Shown here one piece after another: positions 19,223 through 27,745 of a DNA stretch of 64,000 nt. The DNA comes from Acidobacteriota bacterium. Lineage in GTDB: Bacteria; Acidobacteriota; UBA6911; RPQK01; JBOGJG01. Where the stretch lies: contig JBOGJG010000277.1 of the NCBI GenBank assembly GCA_050747825.1, forward strand, positions 9,791 to 73,790. Reading direction: 5' to 3'. Under the pieces are notes generated by a model. The model was not told the origin of the DNA and did no database searches. It was given only the letters and a program-made list of their open reading frames with translations. The position numbers and the translations under genes are program-made. How positions within the stretch are numbered: the first letter of the stretch is position 1; every line of letters starts with the position of its first letter.

Positions 19223-20625
19223 TGATACTGTTCCTCCCACTCCGTGTGAAAGACGCCGTCTTTGTCGATGCGGCGATAAGTGTGGGCGCCGAAATAATCT
19301 CTTTGCGCCTGCAGTAAGTTGGCGGGCAGCCGTTCGCGGCGATAACTGTCGAAGTATCCAAGCGAGGCGCTCAAAGCGAGGCAGGGGATGCCGAGCCCAG
19401 CCGAGGTAGAGACAGTTTGCCTCAGTGCTTCCTGCAGTTGATTGGCCAGAAGGCTGAATTCGGAATCCACCAGGAGGTTGGGCAGATCCGGATTGCGCTC
19501 AAAGGCAGCCTGGACACTGTCCAGCAGCCGGGCCCGGATGATGCACCCGCCTTTCCAGATGCGGGCGATCTCCTTGAACTTCAGTTGGAAACTATATTCG
19601 CCGGAAGCTTCACAAAGCAGCGCAAATCCCTGAGCGTAGGAAGTAATAATAGCCAGCCCAAGAGCTCCGCGAAGAGTCTCGGTAAAGTCTTGCTGGTTCA
19701 CGGAAGTCTTGCCAGGACCCTGTAAAACCCGGGCTGCCGCCACTCGCTGCTCCTTAAAGGCGGAGAGTATCCTGGCCTCCACAGCCGCATTGATGGTGGG
19801 CGTGGCCACGCCGAGATCCAGAGCGTTCTGCGACGTCCATTTGCCCGTCCCTTTCTGGCCGGCCTTATCAAGGATCAGCTCGACCAGAGGCTTCTGAGTC
19901 TCCTCGTCCTTCTTTCCCAGCACCAGAGCCGTGATTTCAATCAGAAACGAATTCAACTCTCCCTGGTTCCAACCGGAGAAGACCTGTTGGATTTCATCAG
20001 CACTCAGGCCCAGTCCGCTCTTGAGGATGTCGTATGCCTCGCAAATGAGCTGCATGATGGCGTACTCGATGCCGTTGTGAATCATCTTCACATAGTGGCC
20101 CGAACCACCTGGACCGATATAGGCGCAGCAGGGACCATCATCGACCTGGGCGGCAATGCTGGTAAGGATGGGCTCGACCTGGCGATAGGCCGCCTCCGGA
20201 CCGCCCGGCATGATTGAGGGCCCGAACAGCGCGCCCTTTTCACCGCCGCTCACACCCATCCCGATGTATCGGATACCCTTCGCCTCCAGCTCCTCGGCCC
20301 GCCGAACGGTATCCAGGAAGTATGAGTTGCCGCCATCGATGAGGATATCGCCGGCCGAAAGCAGAGGCGCTATATCCTGGATGACCGCGTCCACGGGCCC
20401 GCCGGCGGGCACCATCATAAGGATCTTACGGGGCGTCTCCAGCTCGCGGACGAGCTCGTGCAGACTGGATGCCACGGACATGTCCTTGCCGGCAAAGGCG
20501 CGCTGAGACGCCTGGCGCTTGTCCCCGTCCAGATCGAAGCCCGCTACCGAAAATCCATTCCGCTCCACGTTGAGAGCCAAATTTTGTCCCATCACCCCCA
20601 GGCCGATAACGCCGAATTTTTGCAT
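19219..20625 (-). CDS. gnd: 6-phosphogluconate dehydrogenase (decarboxylating)
   Basis: 468 aa. N-terminal NAD(P) fold GVIGLGVMGQNLALN, then the gnd signature region and C-terminal domain. Full-length colinear similarity as I recognise the family. Confidence 0.9.
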   Translation of the reverse strand: MQKFGVIGLGVMGQNLALNVERNGFSVAGFDLDGDKRQASQRAFAGKDMSVASSLHELVRELETPRKILMMVPAGGPVDAVIQDIAPLLSAGDILIDGGNSYFLDTVRRAEELEAKGIRYIGMGVSGGEKGALFGPSIMPGGPEAAYRQVEPILTSIAAQVDDGPCCAYIGPGGSGHYVKMIHNGIEYAIMQLICEAYDILKSGLGLSADEIQQVFSGWNQGELNSFLIEITALVLGKKDEETQKPLVELILDKAGQKGTGKWTSQNALDLGVATPTINAAVEARILSAFKEQRVAAARVLQGPGKTSVNQQDFTETLRGALGLAIITSYAQGFALLCEASGEYSFQLKFKEIARIWKGGCIIRARLLDSVQAAFERNPDLPNLLVDSEFSLLANQLQEALRQTVSTSAGLGIPCLALSASLGYFDSYRRERLPANLLQAQRDYFGAHTYRRIDKDGVFHTEWEEQYQ

Positions 20626-20820
20626 TGGGCGAGAGTAACGTGAATGTACGGAAGGGTCAATACGGGACCGTCGGCGCGCGATCTAATGCCGGTCCAGCCA
20701 ACAAGCCGCGGAACTTACCACAGGCTGTTAAGTTCCGCATAGGTGCTCGCTCAGCCACTTTCGCCATTCCTGGCGCGTGCGCAGGTCAACTGTCTTGATG
20801 GCCTTCCCTGGCATTGCCAA

Positions 20821-21687
20821 TTACACGCGGTCAATAAACTCGCGGTTCTTAATCGTAACCGGGATCTTGTTCAGCTCGCGCACCGCGGCAGCGACATGCT
20901 CGGAGTAGCGGCGGAAAGCCTCTTCACCCTTTTCAGCCGTGGCCCGCTCCGGATTGCCGATCACTCCCGTCTCCGTGAACTCGTGATGATCCATTGGAAA
21001 ATGGAAGTAGCTATAGCCGTCGAACTGAATGTCAGGCGCTCCGTCTTTCTTGCCGAACTTGTCGGGAAGCCAGCGTGGAATGTGGGTGTCCGTTTTGACC
21101 GCCCGATCCATCCGCACCAGACTCGAGTTCCAGGCCAGCATCTGCGAAGTCTCCAGTTCGCTGGAGTGCCACCCCGGAGTCTCCTCCGGAGGATTCTCCA
21201 TCAGGTCGCCGACCAGCCCGGCATAACGCTCCATGTAAGGTTTGGCGAATCCCACCAGGGCTCCCGTGTCATAGCGAATTTTGCGCAGTACGGGGTCGAT
21301 CACTTTCACGTTGGAACCGTGGCCGTTGATGAACACCAGCTTATTGAAGCCGTGGTGAATGAGGCTGCGGGCGATATCGTAGAGCAGCGCATGCAGCGTG
21401 GACGGCCGGATGGTGATCGTGCCCCGCCCCTCTCCCGGGCCTGCCATGTGCTGGGGTGAGTAGCCTGTCCATACCACTGGTGTGTGCAGCATGTTGTTGA
21501 TCCTGGCCACTCGGGAGGCGATTTCCAGGGCTGTTACCGAGTCCGTGCACAGCGGCAGGTGGGGCCCGTGCTGCTCGGTGCTGGCCATTGGAATCATGAT
21601 CAGATCGCAATACTGCAGATAGGACTGAATATCCGGGTAAGCCAGGTCAGCGATATTATGGGATGGAAGCTCGACTTGTACGCTCAT
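20821..21687 (-). CDS. Creatininase-family amidohydrolase
   Basis: Family signature STEQHGPHLPL plus the downstream His/Glu metal ligands. Confidence 0.75.
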   Translation of the reverse strand: MSVQVELPSHNIADLAYPDIQSYLQYCDLIMIPMASTEQHGPHLPLCTDSVTALEIASRVARINNMLHTPVVWTGYSPQHMAGPGEGRGTITIRPSTLHALLYDIARSLIHHGFNKLVFINGHGSNVKVIDPVLRKIRYDTGALVGFAKPYMERYAGLVGDLMENPPEETPGWHSSELETSQMLAWNSSLVRMDRAVKTDTHIPRWLPDKFGKKDGAPDIQFDGYSYFHFPMDHHEFTETGVIGNPERATAEKGEEAFRRYSEHVAAAVRELNKIPVTIKNREFIDRV

Positions 21688-21693
21688 GTCGAT

Positions 21694-22959
21694 TTATTCT
21701 CCTTTCTGTTTTAAAAGCGCCAGAAAGTGCTCAGCCACTTTCAGCGCAAACTCCGGACTGTTGATATGGTGCGGGTAAGTCTTCAGCGGAATATTCGGGC
21801 GAAGGTCCTCTTTTAAAGCTCTTACGAAACTCTGATCGGACTCGGGATTCCAGAAGGGGCCGCCTGGTACATTGGGGATGGAGAGTCCCTCGGTAGGAAT
21901 GATCACTTCCAGAGGTCCTTTGGCCTGGTTGAGCTTGCGGGCAAAGATGCGGCCCAGCTCGGTCATCTCACCAGTCAAAGTCCTGACCAGCGTGAATTCC
22001 GGATTGTGATCGTAAACCGGACGTCCCTTCATAGATGCGGGCACTTCCTCGGGTGGGCCATGGACCGAAAAATCGATGCACCCGGGTACCACAACCTGAG
22101 GCAGCCCGAGCCGGCCGATTCTTTCAAGGCGCTCCGGACCACCGGCGTGAAAGCCCCCTACCAGCTCATCGGTAAGCTCATCCGTCGTGTAATCGATGAC
22201 TCCCACGAACATGTCCTGGGCAGCCAGTTCTTCCATGGCTGGGCCTCCCACCCCGTTCGAATGAAAGATCACCGTTTCGAGTCCGTTCTCGGCCAGTTTG
22301 TCGCGAATCAGCATCACCGGCTTGGTCGTATTTCCCAACATGGTGATGGCCACGTATCTGCGGCTGGTGTCGGGACGCATCCCGCGCCCGTGCTCCAGCA
22401 TTCCTTTCAGACTGGCGGCGACATTGTCGAAAATTGCCGTGCTGATGGGATTTAATCCCAGGATATCGACCACGGAATGAACCACCATCACGTCCCGCGT
22501 ACCCACCAGGGGGCCAAAGCGGCGCCGCCCCGAAGCAATGGGGGTCACCAGCACTTTGGGGATTCCCACCGGGAGGCACTTCATGGCTGTGGCGCCCAGC
22601 ACGGCCCCCTCTGCGCCGCCCAGTGAGGTGACGGCGTCCAGCTGTCCTTCGCGAAACAGCTTTAGCGCCAGATTACGAATGCCTTCCTGCATCCCGTGGA
22701 CGGCCTTGCCGCGACTGCCGGCATTGCGCAGCGCGTCGATGTCAGTGCCGGCCAGCCTGGCCACCTCGGCCCGGCCGATGTCGGGGATGATATCCAGCGG
22801 TTCGCCCAAGATTCCAGAGTCGACCACCAGCGGCTGAAGCCCAAGCTGCTTCAGGCGATCACGAAGATAGGCGATCTCCGGACCTTTCGTATCAAGTGTG
22901 CCGATAACGACAACGCTTCCAGCCAATGTCCCTCCCTGCATTCGAGTTTCAGGTTCCAA
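21694..22959 (-). CDS. UPF0261/Tm-1-like ATP-binding protein
   Basis: 421 aa with the two-domain Tm-1-like layout and Gly-rich loops (VVVIGTLDTKG...). The start may be an internal Met. Confidence 0.6.
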   Translation of the reverse strand: MEPETRMQGGTLAGSVVVIGTLDTKGPEIAYLRDRLKQLGLQPLVVDSGILGEPLDIIPDIGRAEVARLAGTDIDALRNAGSRGKAVHGMQEGIRNLALKLFREGQLDAVTSLGGAEGAVLGATAMKCLPVGIPKVLVTPIASGRRRFGPLVGTRDVMVVHSVVDILGLNPISTAIFDNVAASLKGMLEHGRGMRPDTSRRYVAITMLGNTTKPVMLIRDKLAENGLETVIFHSNGVGGPAMEELAAQDMFVGVIDYTTDELTDELVGGFHAGGPERLERIGRLGLPQVVVPGCIDFSVHGPPEEVPASMKGRPVYDHNPEFTLVRTLTGEMTELGRIFARKLNQAKGPLEVIIPTEGLSIPNVPGGPFWNPESDQSFVRALKEDLRPNIPLKTYPHHINSPEFALKVAEHFLALLKQKGE

Positions 22960-23019
22960 GTTTCAAGTTCAAGTCACGAATCGTTGCCCAACCAGGACTT
23001 GGAGCTTGGAACCCGGAAC

Positions 23020-23904
23020 TCATATGTGTTTCCGCAGCTCTCTAATCGATTCCTCAACGAGCCAACTATAGAACTCGTCGGAGAGCGTGCCGCTGCCGTG
23101 GTCCTGGATAAATTTCAGTTCTTCAGGCGTCAACTCGACCTCACCCTTTTCCAGCGCGTTCTTATAAGGGTTGGCGGGAGTCCGGTCCAGAGGGGCAACG
23201 AATTCAACCGTCAGAGCGCCATCATAGCCGGCCTTTTTCAAAGTGCCGATCAATTTGCCCCAGTCCCAGCTCCCCTGGCCGGGCGCCATACGATTGTTGT
23301 CGGCCACATGGAAGTCCACCAGCCGATCTCGCGATTTGAGGATGGCCTGATAGGGATCGGCTTCTTCAATATTGATGTGAAAAGCGTCCAGGCAAATGCC
23401 ACATTCCGGACCCACCTCCTCCGCCAGCAGGAGCGCCTGATCGTGTCGGTTCAGAAAGTAAGTTTCAAATCGGTTCAGCGGTTCCAGAGCGAGTTTGACG
23501 CCCTCCCGCATTCCATGCTCGTAGCACTGCTTCAGGCTCTGGACAGCCCACCGCCACTCTTCATCCTGGCCGGCCTCCGGCTTGATCTTGCCTACGGTCG
23601 AAGGCACGATCGTGATCTCATAGCCCTCCAGCTCTTTCACCATCGTGATGCAGTCCTGGACATACTGAACCGACTCGGCCCGTTTGTCTTCGTCTGTGGC
23701 CAGGAGGTCGCGCTCTCCCAGCATCAGCGTGACGGATCCCCAGCATTTGAGTCCGTGGTCTTTCAGCAGCTTTCCAACCGCTTTGGTGTCGTACTTCTCC
23801 GGCTCGCCGCTGATCTCGATGGAATCATATCCGTATCTGGCCAGACGAGCGATTGTGGTTTCGATCGGCTCTCCTCTCATCCAGTTGTGCATTGCAACCT
23901 GCAT
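23020..23904 (-). CDS. Sugar-phosphate isomerase/epimerase (xylose-isomerase-like TIM barrel)
   Basis: 294 aa with TIM-barrel AP-endonuclease-2/XylA-like blocks (GYDSIEISGE..., LALEPLNR, HINIEE...). Confidence 0.65.
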   Translation of the reverse strand: MQVAMHNWMRGEPIETTIARLARYGYDSIEISGEPEKYDTKAVGKLLKDHGLKCWGSVTLMLGERDLLATDEDKRAESVQYVQDCITMVKELEGYEITIVPSTVGKIKPEAGQDEEWRWAVQSLKQCYEHGMREGVKLALEPLNRFETYFLNRHDQALLLAEEVGPECGICLDAFHINIEEADPYQAILKSRDRLVDFHVADNNRMAPGQGSWDWGKLIGTLKKAGYDGALTVEFVAPLDRTPANPYKNALEKGEVELTPEELKFIQDHGSGTLSDEFYSWLVEESIRELRKHI

Positions 23905-23923
23905 AGTTTCGAGTCCTCCCGTT

Positions 23924-25066
23924 TTAGAGATGTTCTGCCAAGATTTGATACAGCCCTTTTACTTGAATTCTCTCTTTTGCCTGGGTCTTCAGGTGATGCA
24001 GGCAAAGAGGGTCTTCCGTGATCAGTAAATCGGCACCGGCGTGAGAGGCATCTTCAAAACGAGCCTGCGCCAATTTGGAAGCGATATCGGGTTGTGTGAA
24101 TTCGAGCCCACCCACAGCCCCGCACGGAGACGCGCGCTGCTCCCGCCAGAACAGAGGAGCGGAAGGTATTCCCAAAGCAGCCTCCAGGAGACGGCGGGGG
24201 GCTTGATGGTCCCGCTGAACCCGCGGCGAATGACAGGGATCGTGGTAGGCGTATCTGAGGCTTGGGGCCTGAGGGTTGGGGCCTGAGGGTTTGAGCTTTC
24301 CGTGGCAAAGCGATCCAGCCAGGAAGGAGGTCAGTTCGACCACTTCGACTTCCTCGGGAAAGAGGATATTCAGGCGCTCGATGTACAAGGTCTTAAAGGC
24401 GTAGAGGTCTCCGGGTGAAAGGACGAACAGCCTGCGGCAGCCGGAGTCCCGGACTTCATCGACAACCTCTCGAGCCAGTTTGGAAGCCGTGCCGGGCAGC
24501 CCCAGAGAACTGGCCAGGAATCCGGAAGAACGGCCGGCGCCAATCAAAACGGCCGAGATGCCGGCAGCCTTCAGAAGCTGAACTGCAGCCTCGAGTGTAG
24601 CCGGACTCAGGTGTTGTGCGGCGTCTCCAACAAACAGCGCCGTTTCCCCCCGCCCTTCCGCTCTTTGAGGCTTCTCCTCAGCATATGGATTCCGCCACTT
24701 CCGCAGTGCCTGATCAGCGACCGCCACCTGGGCAGGAGCCAGTCCCAACTCCACTACCTGAGCCCGGGCTGCGGCAATAGCAATGGGAAGCGGCTGGTCG
24801 GTGGCGCAGTGCGACCGGCACAATCCACAGTCCGCGCACTTGTAAAGCACATCGACCGTTTCTTCGTTCCATTGCAGGAGATTGCGCTTGACCGAAGAAA
24901 TGGTCAGAGCCCAACCGTGCGGAGTCAGCGTCTCGTTGTATGTGACGTTTCCGACCGGGCATACGTGCCGGCACATGAGGCTGAAACGGCACAGTTCCGT
25001 CGTAGCAAGGGGATCTTCAATGTAGGCTGGAGATCTTCTGTGCCTGAGACCGTCGTGATCGCTCAT
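23924..25066 (-). CDS. (Fe-S)-binding protein, GlcF-like (ferredoxin motif plus two CCG Cys-rich domains)
   Basis: CADCGLCRSHCATDQP matches the 4Fe-4S CxxCxxCxxxCP pattern. C-terminal YHDPCH and DPLCLHH Cys-rich repeats look like the glycolate-oxidase FeS subunit. Confidence 0.7.
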   Translation of the reverse strand: MSDHDGLRHRRSPAYIEDPLATTELCRFSLMCRHVCPVGNVTYNETLTPHGWALTISSVKRNLLQWNEETVDVLYKCADCGLCRSHCATDQPLPIAIAAARAQVVELGLAPAQVAVADQALRKWRNPYAEEKPQRAEGRGETALFVGDAAQHLSPATLEAAVQLLKAAGISAVLIGAGRSSGFLASSLGLPGTASKLAREVVDEVRDSGCRRLFVLSPGDLYAFKTLYIERLNILFPEEVEVVELTSFLAGSLCHGKLKPSGPNPQAPSLRYAYHDPCHSPRVQRDHQAPRRLLEAALGIPSAPLFWREQRASPCGAVGGLEFTQPDIASKLAQARFEDASHAGADLLITEDPLCLHHLKTQAKERIQVKGLYQILAEHL

Positions 25067-26523
25067 CTCTGCTTGACCCCGAACCCGACTTTTCCCGGAT
25101 TCATAATGCCGTTCGGGTCTATGGCATTCTTGATCGTCTCCAGCAATTCCCAGGAGGCCCCATACTGGGCGCGCATGAAGCGGCCCAGTTTCAATCCGAC
25201 GCCGTGGTGTTCATTGATCATGCCTCCATTATCCAGGGAAGCCTTCACGGCGGTGGCCCAGATCCGATTATGCAGCTTCAGAGCCTCTTCGGCCTCCTCA
25301 GGCGGAGTCTTGAGAATGAAACGGTCGTAAAGACTGGCACCCCAGGGAAACCAGTGGGAGAAATGCCCTATATAGCGAATGTCTAGGTCGCTGGAGAATT
25401 CCTCAATCGCCTTCTTCTTGGCGTAGTAGATCCTCTCGATATTATCGAAGGTCGAAATGGTCTCGACCGTCCCGTACATGCTGGGAAGCCCCAGCCCCAG
25501 CGGAGGGTAATAGAAATCGTAGCGGTGATTCCACCAGCGCTCGCCCGGGTCGCGTTCCAGATCCCTGGCGCCCAACTCCTTGCAGATGGCCAGGGCGCGC
25601 TTCTCCTGGGCGGCGGCAATTTCCGCCCATCCATCGAACCCGATGATCATGTAAGCCCCTTCCAATTCGTATCCCAGGACCTCCTTGACCAGCGAACCGG
25701 TCGAGCTCGGGTCATACATTCGGATCACCAGCGGGTTAAGCCGCTCGAGCATCATGCGTCGCCCCGCCTCCAGACCGGTTGCGATGTCCTTGAACAGCAT
25801 GGCTCGAAACAAGCGCACCTCAGGCAGCCGCTCGATCTGCATGGTGGCTTCGGTGATTACTCCGAATACACCCTCCGAACCCAGGAACAGCCGCATGAAA
25901 TCAGGACCCGAAGCGTGATTCGGCACTCCCGGCGTGCGGATGATGGAACCGTTGGGCAGCACTATTTCCATCCGCATGACCCGGTCTTCGGCCTTGCCGT
26001 ATTTCGTGCTGATGGTGCCCGAGCCACGAGGCGCCAGGTATCCGCCCAGAGTCGCGCAATTGGCCGACGCGGGATAATGAGGAAGGGTGAGCCCTTTCTC
26101 ATTAAGCGCCCACTCCAGTTGCGTTCCATTGATTCCGGCCTGGGCTGTAACGTAGAGTGATTTCTCATTGATCTCGAGAAGGCGGTCCAGCCGTTTTAAA
26201 TCGAGGAGAATGCCGCCATAAGTTGGAATAGCGCCGCCTTGAGTGCCGGAACCGCCCCCCCAGGGCACGACGGGAATGCCGTAGCTGTTGGCTATTTTCA
26301 GAATGGACGAAATCTCCTGTGCCGAACCTGGATGAACGATAAAATCCGCGGCGGCCGGCCGCAATCCCCGGTCCAGCCACATCTGAGACATCCACGACCA
26401 GTCGGTGGAGTAAACAAGACGGTCTGTGTCCTGAGTGGAAATGCGCCCGACGCCTACTACTTCCTCCAACTCGCTGAAGATCATTCCCTGCTGGAGAGTG
26501 GCCGGCGTAACGGTGTCTGGCAT
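25063..26523 (-). CDS. FAD-linked oxidase (GlcD/D-lactate dehydrogenase-like)
   Basis: 486 aa with an FAD-binding PCMH domain (VVPWGGGSGTQGGAIP, ...NEHHGVGLKL). Its stop overlaps the start of the downstream FeS gene. Confidence 0.75.
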   Translation of the reverse strand: MPDTVTPATLQQGMIFSELEEVVGVGRISTQDTDRLVYSTDWSWMSQMWLDRGLRPAAADFIVHPGSAQEISSILKIANSYGIPVVPWGGGSGTQGGAIPTYGGILLDLKRLDRLLEINEKSLYVTAQAGINGTQLEWALNEKGLTLPHYPASANCATLGGYLAPRGSGTISTKYGKAEDRVMRMEIVLPNGSIIRTPGVPNHASGPDFMRLFLGSEGVFGVITEATMQIERLPEVRLFRAMLFKDIATGLEAGRRMMLERLNPLVIRMYDPSSTGSLVKEVLGYELEGAYMIIGFDGWAEIAAAQEKRALAICKELGARDLERDPGERWWNHRYDFYYPPLGLGLPSMYGTVETISTFDNIERIYYAKKKAIEEFSSDLDIRYIGHFSHWFPWGASLYDRFILKTPPEEAEEALKLHNRIWATAVKASLDNGGMINEHHGVGLKLGRFMRAQYGASWELLETIKNAIDPNGIMNPGKVGFGVKQR

Positions 26524-26655
26524 GAAGTGTGATCGTAAAGGCAGGCTCGATTGCTGTCAATACGTTCAATCGTCGGTATCCGCCAGCCTGATTCCGCCAG
26601 GCATCAAATCTCAAGATGGACTTACCAGCGGGACCAAAATAGAATCAATGAGCTT

Positions 26656-27507
26656 ATGGATTATGTTTATCTGAATGGTGAATTTGTAGCGCGCGCGGAA
26701 GCGACGATGGACATCGAAGATCGTGGAGTCTTATTCGGTGACGGCGTCTACGAAGTGCTCCGTTTTTTCAATGGCCGGCCATTTGCAATGGCTGAACACG
26801 TGGCGCGCTTGAAGCGTAGTATGGCCACCATCGAACTTCCCGAGTCGGAAAACACAAAGCGGCTGGAAGCGGCTAGTGAAGAGCTGGTTGAGCGCAACCG
26901 GATTACCGAAGCAAAAGTGTATTGGCAGGTGACGCGAGGCACGGCCCCGCGCGATCACGCCATTCCGCCGGGACTTCGACCCAATGTTCTGATCATCACG
27001 TATCCGGCTCAGTCGCTCGATATCAAGGCTCCGCCCCGGAAATTGACGGCGACTCTCGTGGAAGATCGGCGATGGCACCTCTGCGCGGTCAAGTCCCTCA
27101 TGTTACTGCCCAATGTGCTGGCGATGCGTGAGGCGAGCAATCGAGGCGCGAATGTACCCATACTGCATCGCGGCCAGATTGTAACTGAGGGAGCCGTAGC
27201 CAATGTGCTGATCGTGCGCAACGGAGAGCTCCATACACATCCAGCCAATCAATGGATACTGGAGGGCGTGACTCGCGGCATCGTGCTTGGCCTTGCCCGA
27301 ACTTTGGGACTCACGGCGCATGAACGCACGTTTACAATCGATCAACTCTTGAGAGCCGACGAAGCAATCATGTGCGGCACGACAACCAATATCGAAGCTG
27401 TCATTGAAGTAGATGGGCAACTCATCTCAGGCGGCAGCATCGGACCCATCACGCGCCAATTGCATCAGGCACTGCTCGCAAAAATTGCGCAGGATTGTCG
27501 CCTGTAA
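26656..27507 (+). CDS. Class IV aminotransferase (branched-chain / D-amino-acid aminotransferase family)
   Basis: MDYVYLNGEFV... N-terminus, the R...Y...EV fold-IV blocks and the catalytic Lys region. Start set at the internal Met 35 codons into the track ORF. Confidence 0.7.
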   Translation: MDYVYLNGEFVARAEATMDIEDRGVLFGDGVYEVLRFFNGRPFAMAEHVARLKRSMATIELPESENTKRLEAASEELVERNRITEAKVYWQVTRGTAPRDHAIPPGLRPNVLIITYPAQSLDIKAPPRKLTATLVEDRRWHLCAVKSLMLLPNVLAMREASNRGANVPILHRGQIVTEGAVANVLIVRNGELHTHPANQWILEGVTRGIVLGLARTLGLTAHERTFTIDQLLRADEAIMCGTTTNIEAVIEVDGQLISGGSIGPITRQLHQALLAKIAQDCRL

Positions 27508-27564
27508 CGAAAAAAGTCAGAGGAAGCAGGTATATATGATGCAAATCCTTAAGAAAGGAGCACA

Positions 27565-27681
27565 ATGATGCCGACAAAAAAAGCAGCACCAAAAAAGGCA
27601 GCGCCGAAGAAGAAACCGGCGGCGAAAAAGTCTGGGGCGAAAAAGCCCGCTGCCAAGAAAAAGCCTGCTAAGAAGAAGTAA
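27565..27681 (+). CDS. Small Lys/Ala-rich basic protein, 38 aa (histone-H1-tail-like)
   Basis: MMPTKKAAPKKAAPKKKPAAKKSGAKKPAAKKKPAKKK. AAGGAG Shine-Dalgarno 6-7 nt upstream. Lies in an otherwise empty 240-nt intergenic gap. Below the ORF-track size cutoff. Confidence 0.4.
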   Translation: MMPTKKAAPKKAAPKKKPAAKKSGAKKPAAKKKPAKKK

Positions 27682-27745
27682 CCTGCGCGCGGGCTCAGGT
27701 GCTCCTGCTGAGCCCGCTAGCTTTCCCGTTTATTCGTCACTCGCC

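Noticed and set aside
20743-21459. 238-aa plus-strand ORF
   Set aside because: Antisense to the creatininase-family gene, whose STEQHGPHLPL signature is unambiguous.
22696-24021. 441-aa plus-strand ORF
   Set aside because: Antisense to the UPF0261, TIM-barrel isomerase and FeS genes, with no motifs. A shadow ORF in a high-GC region.
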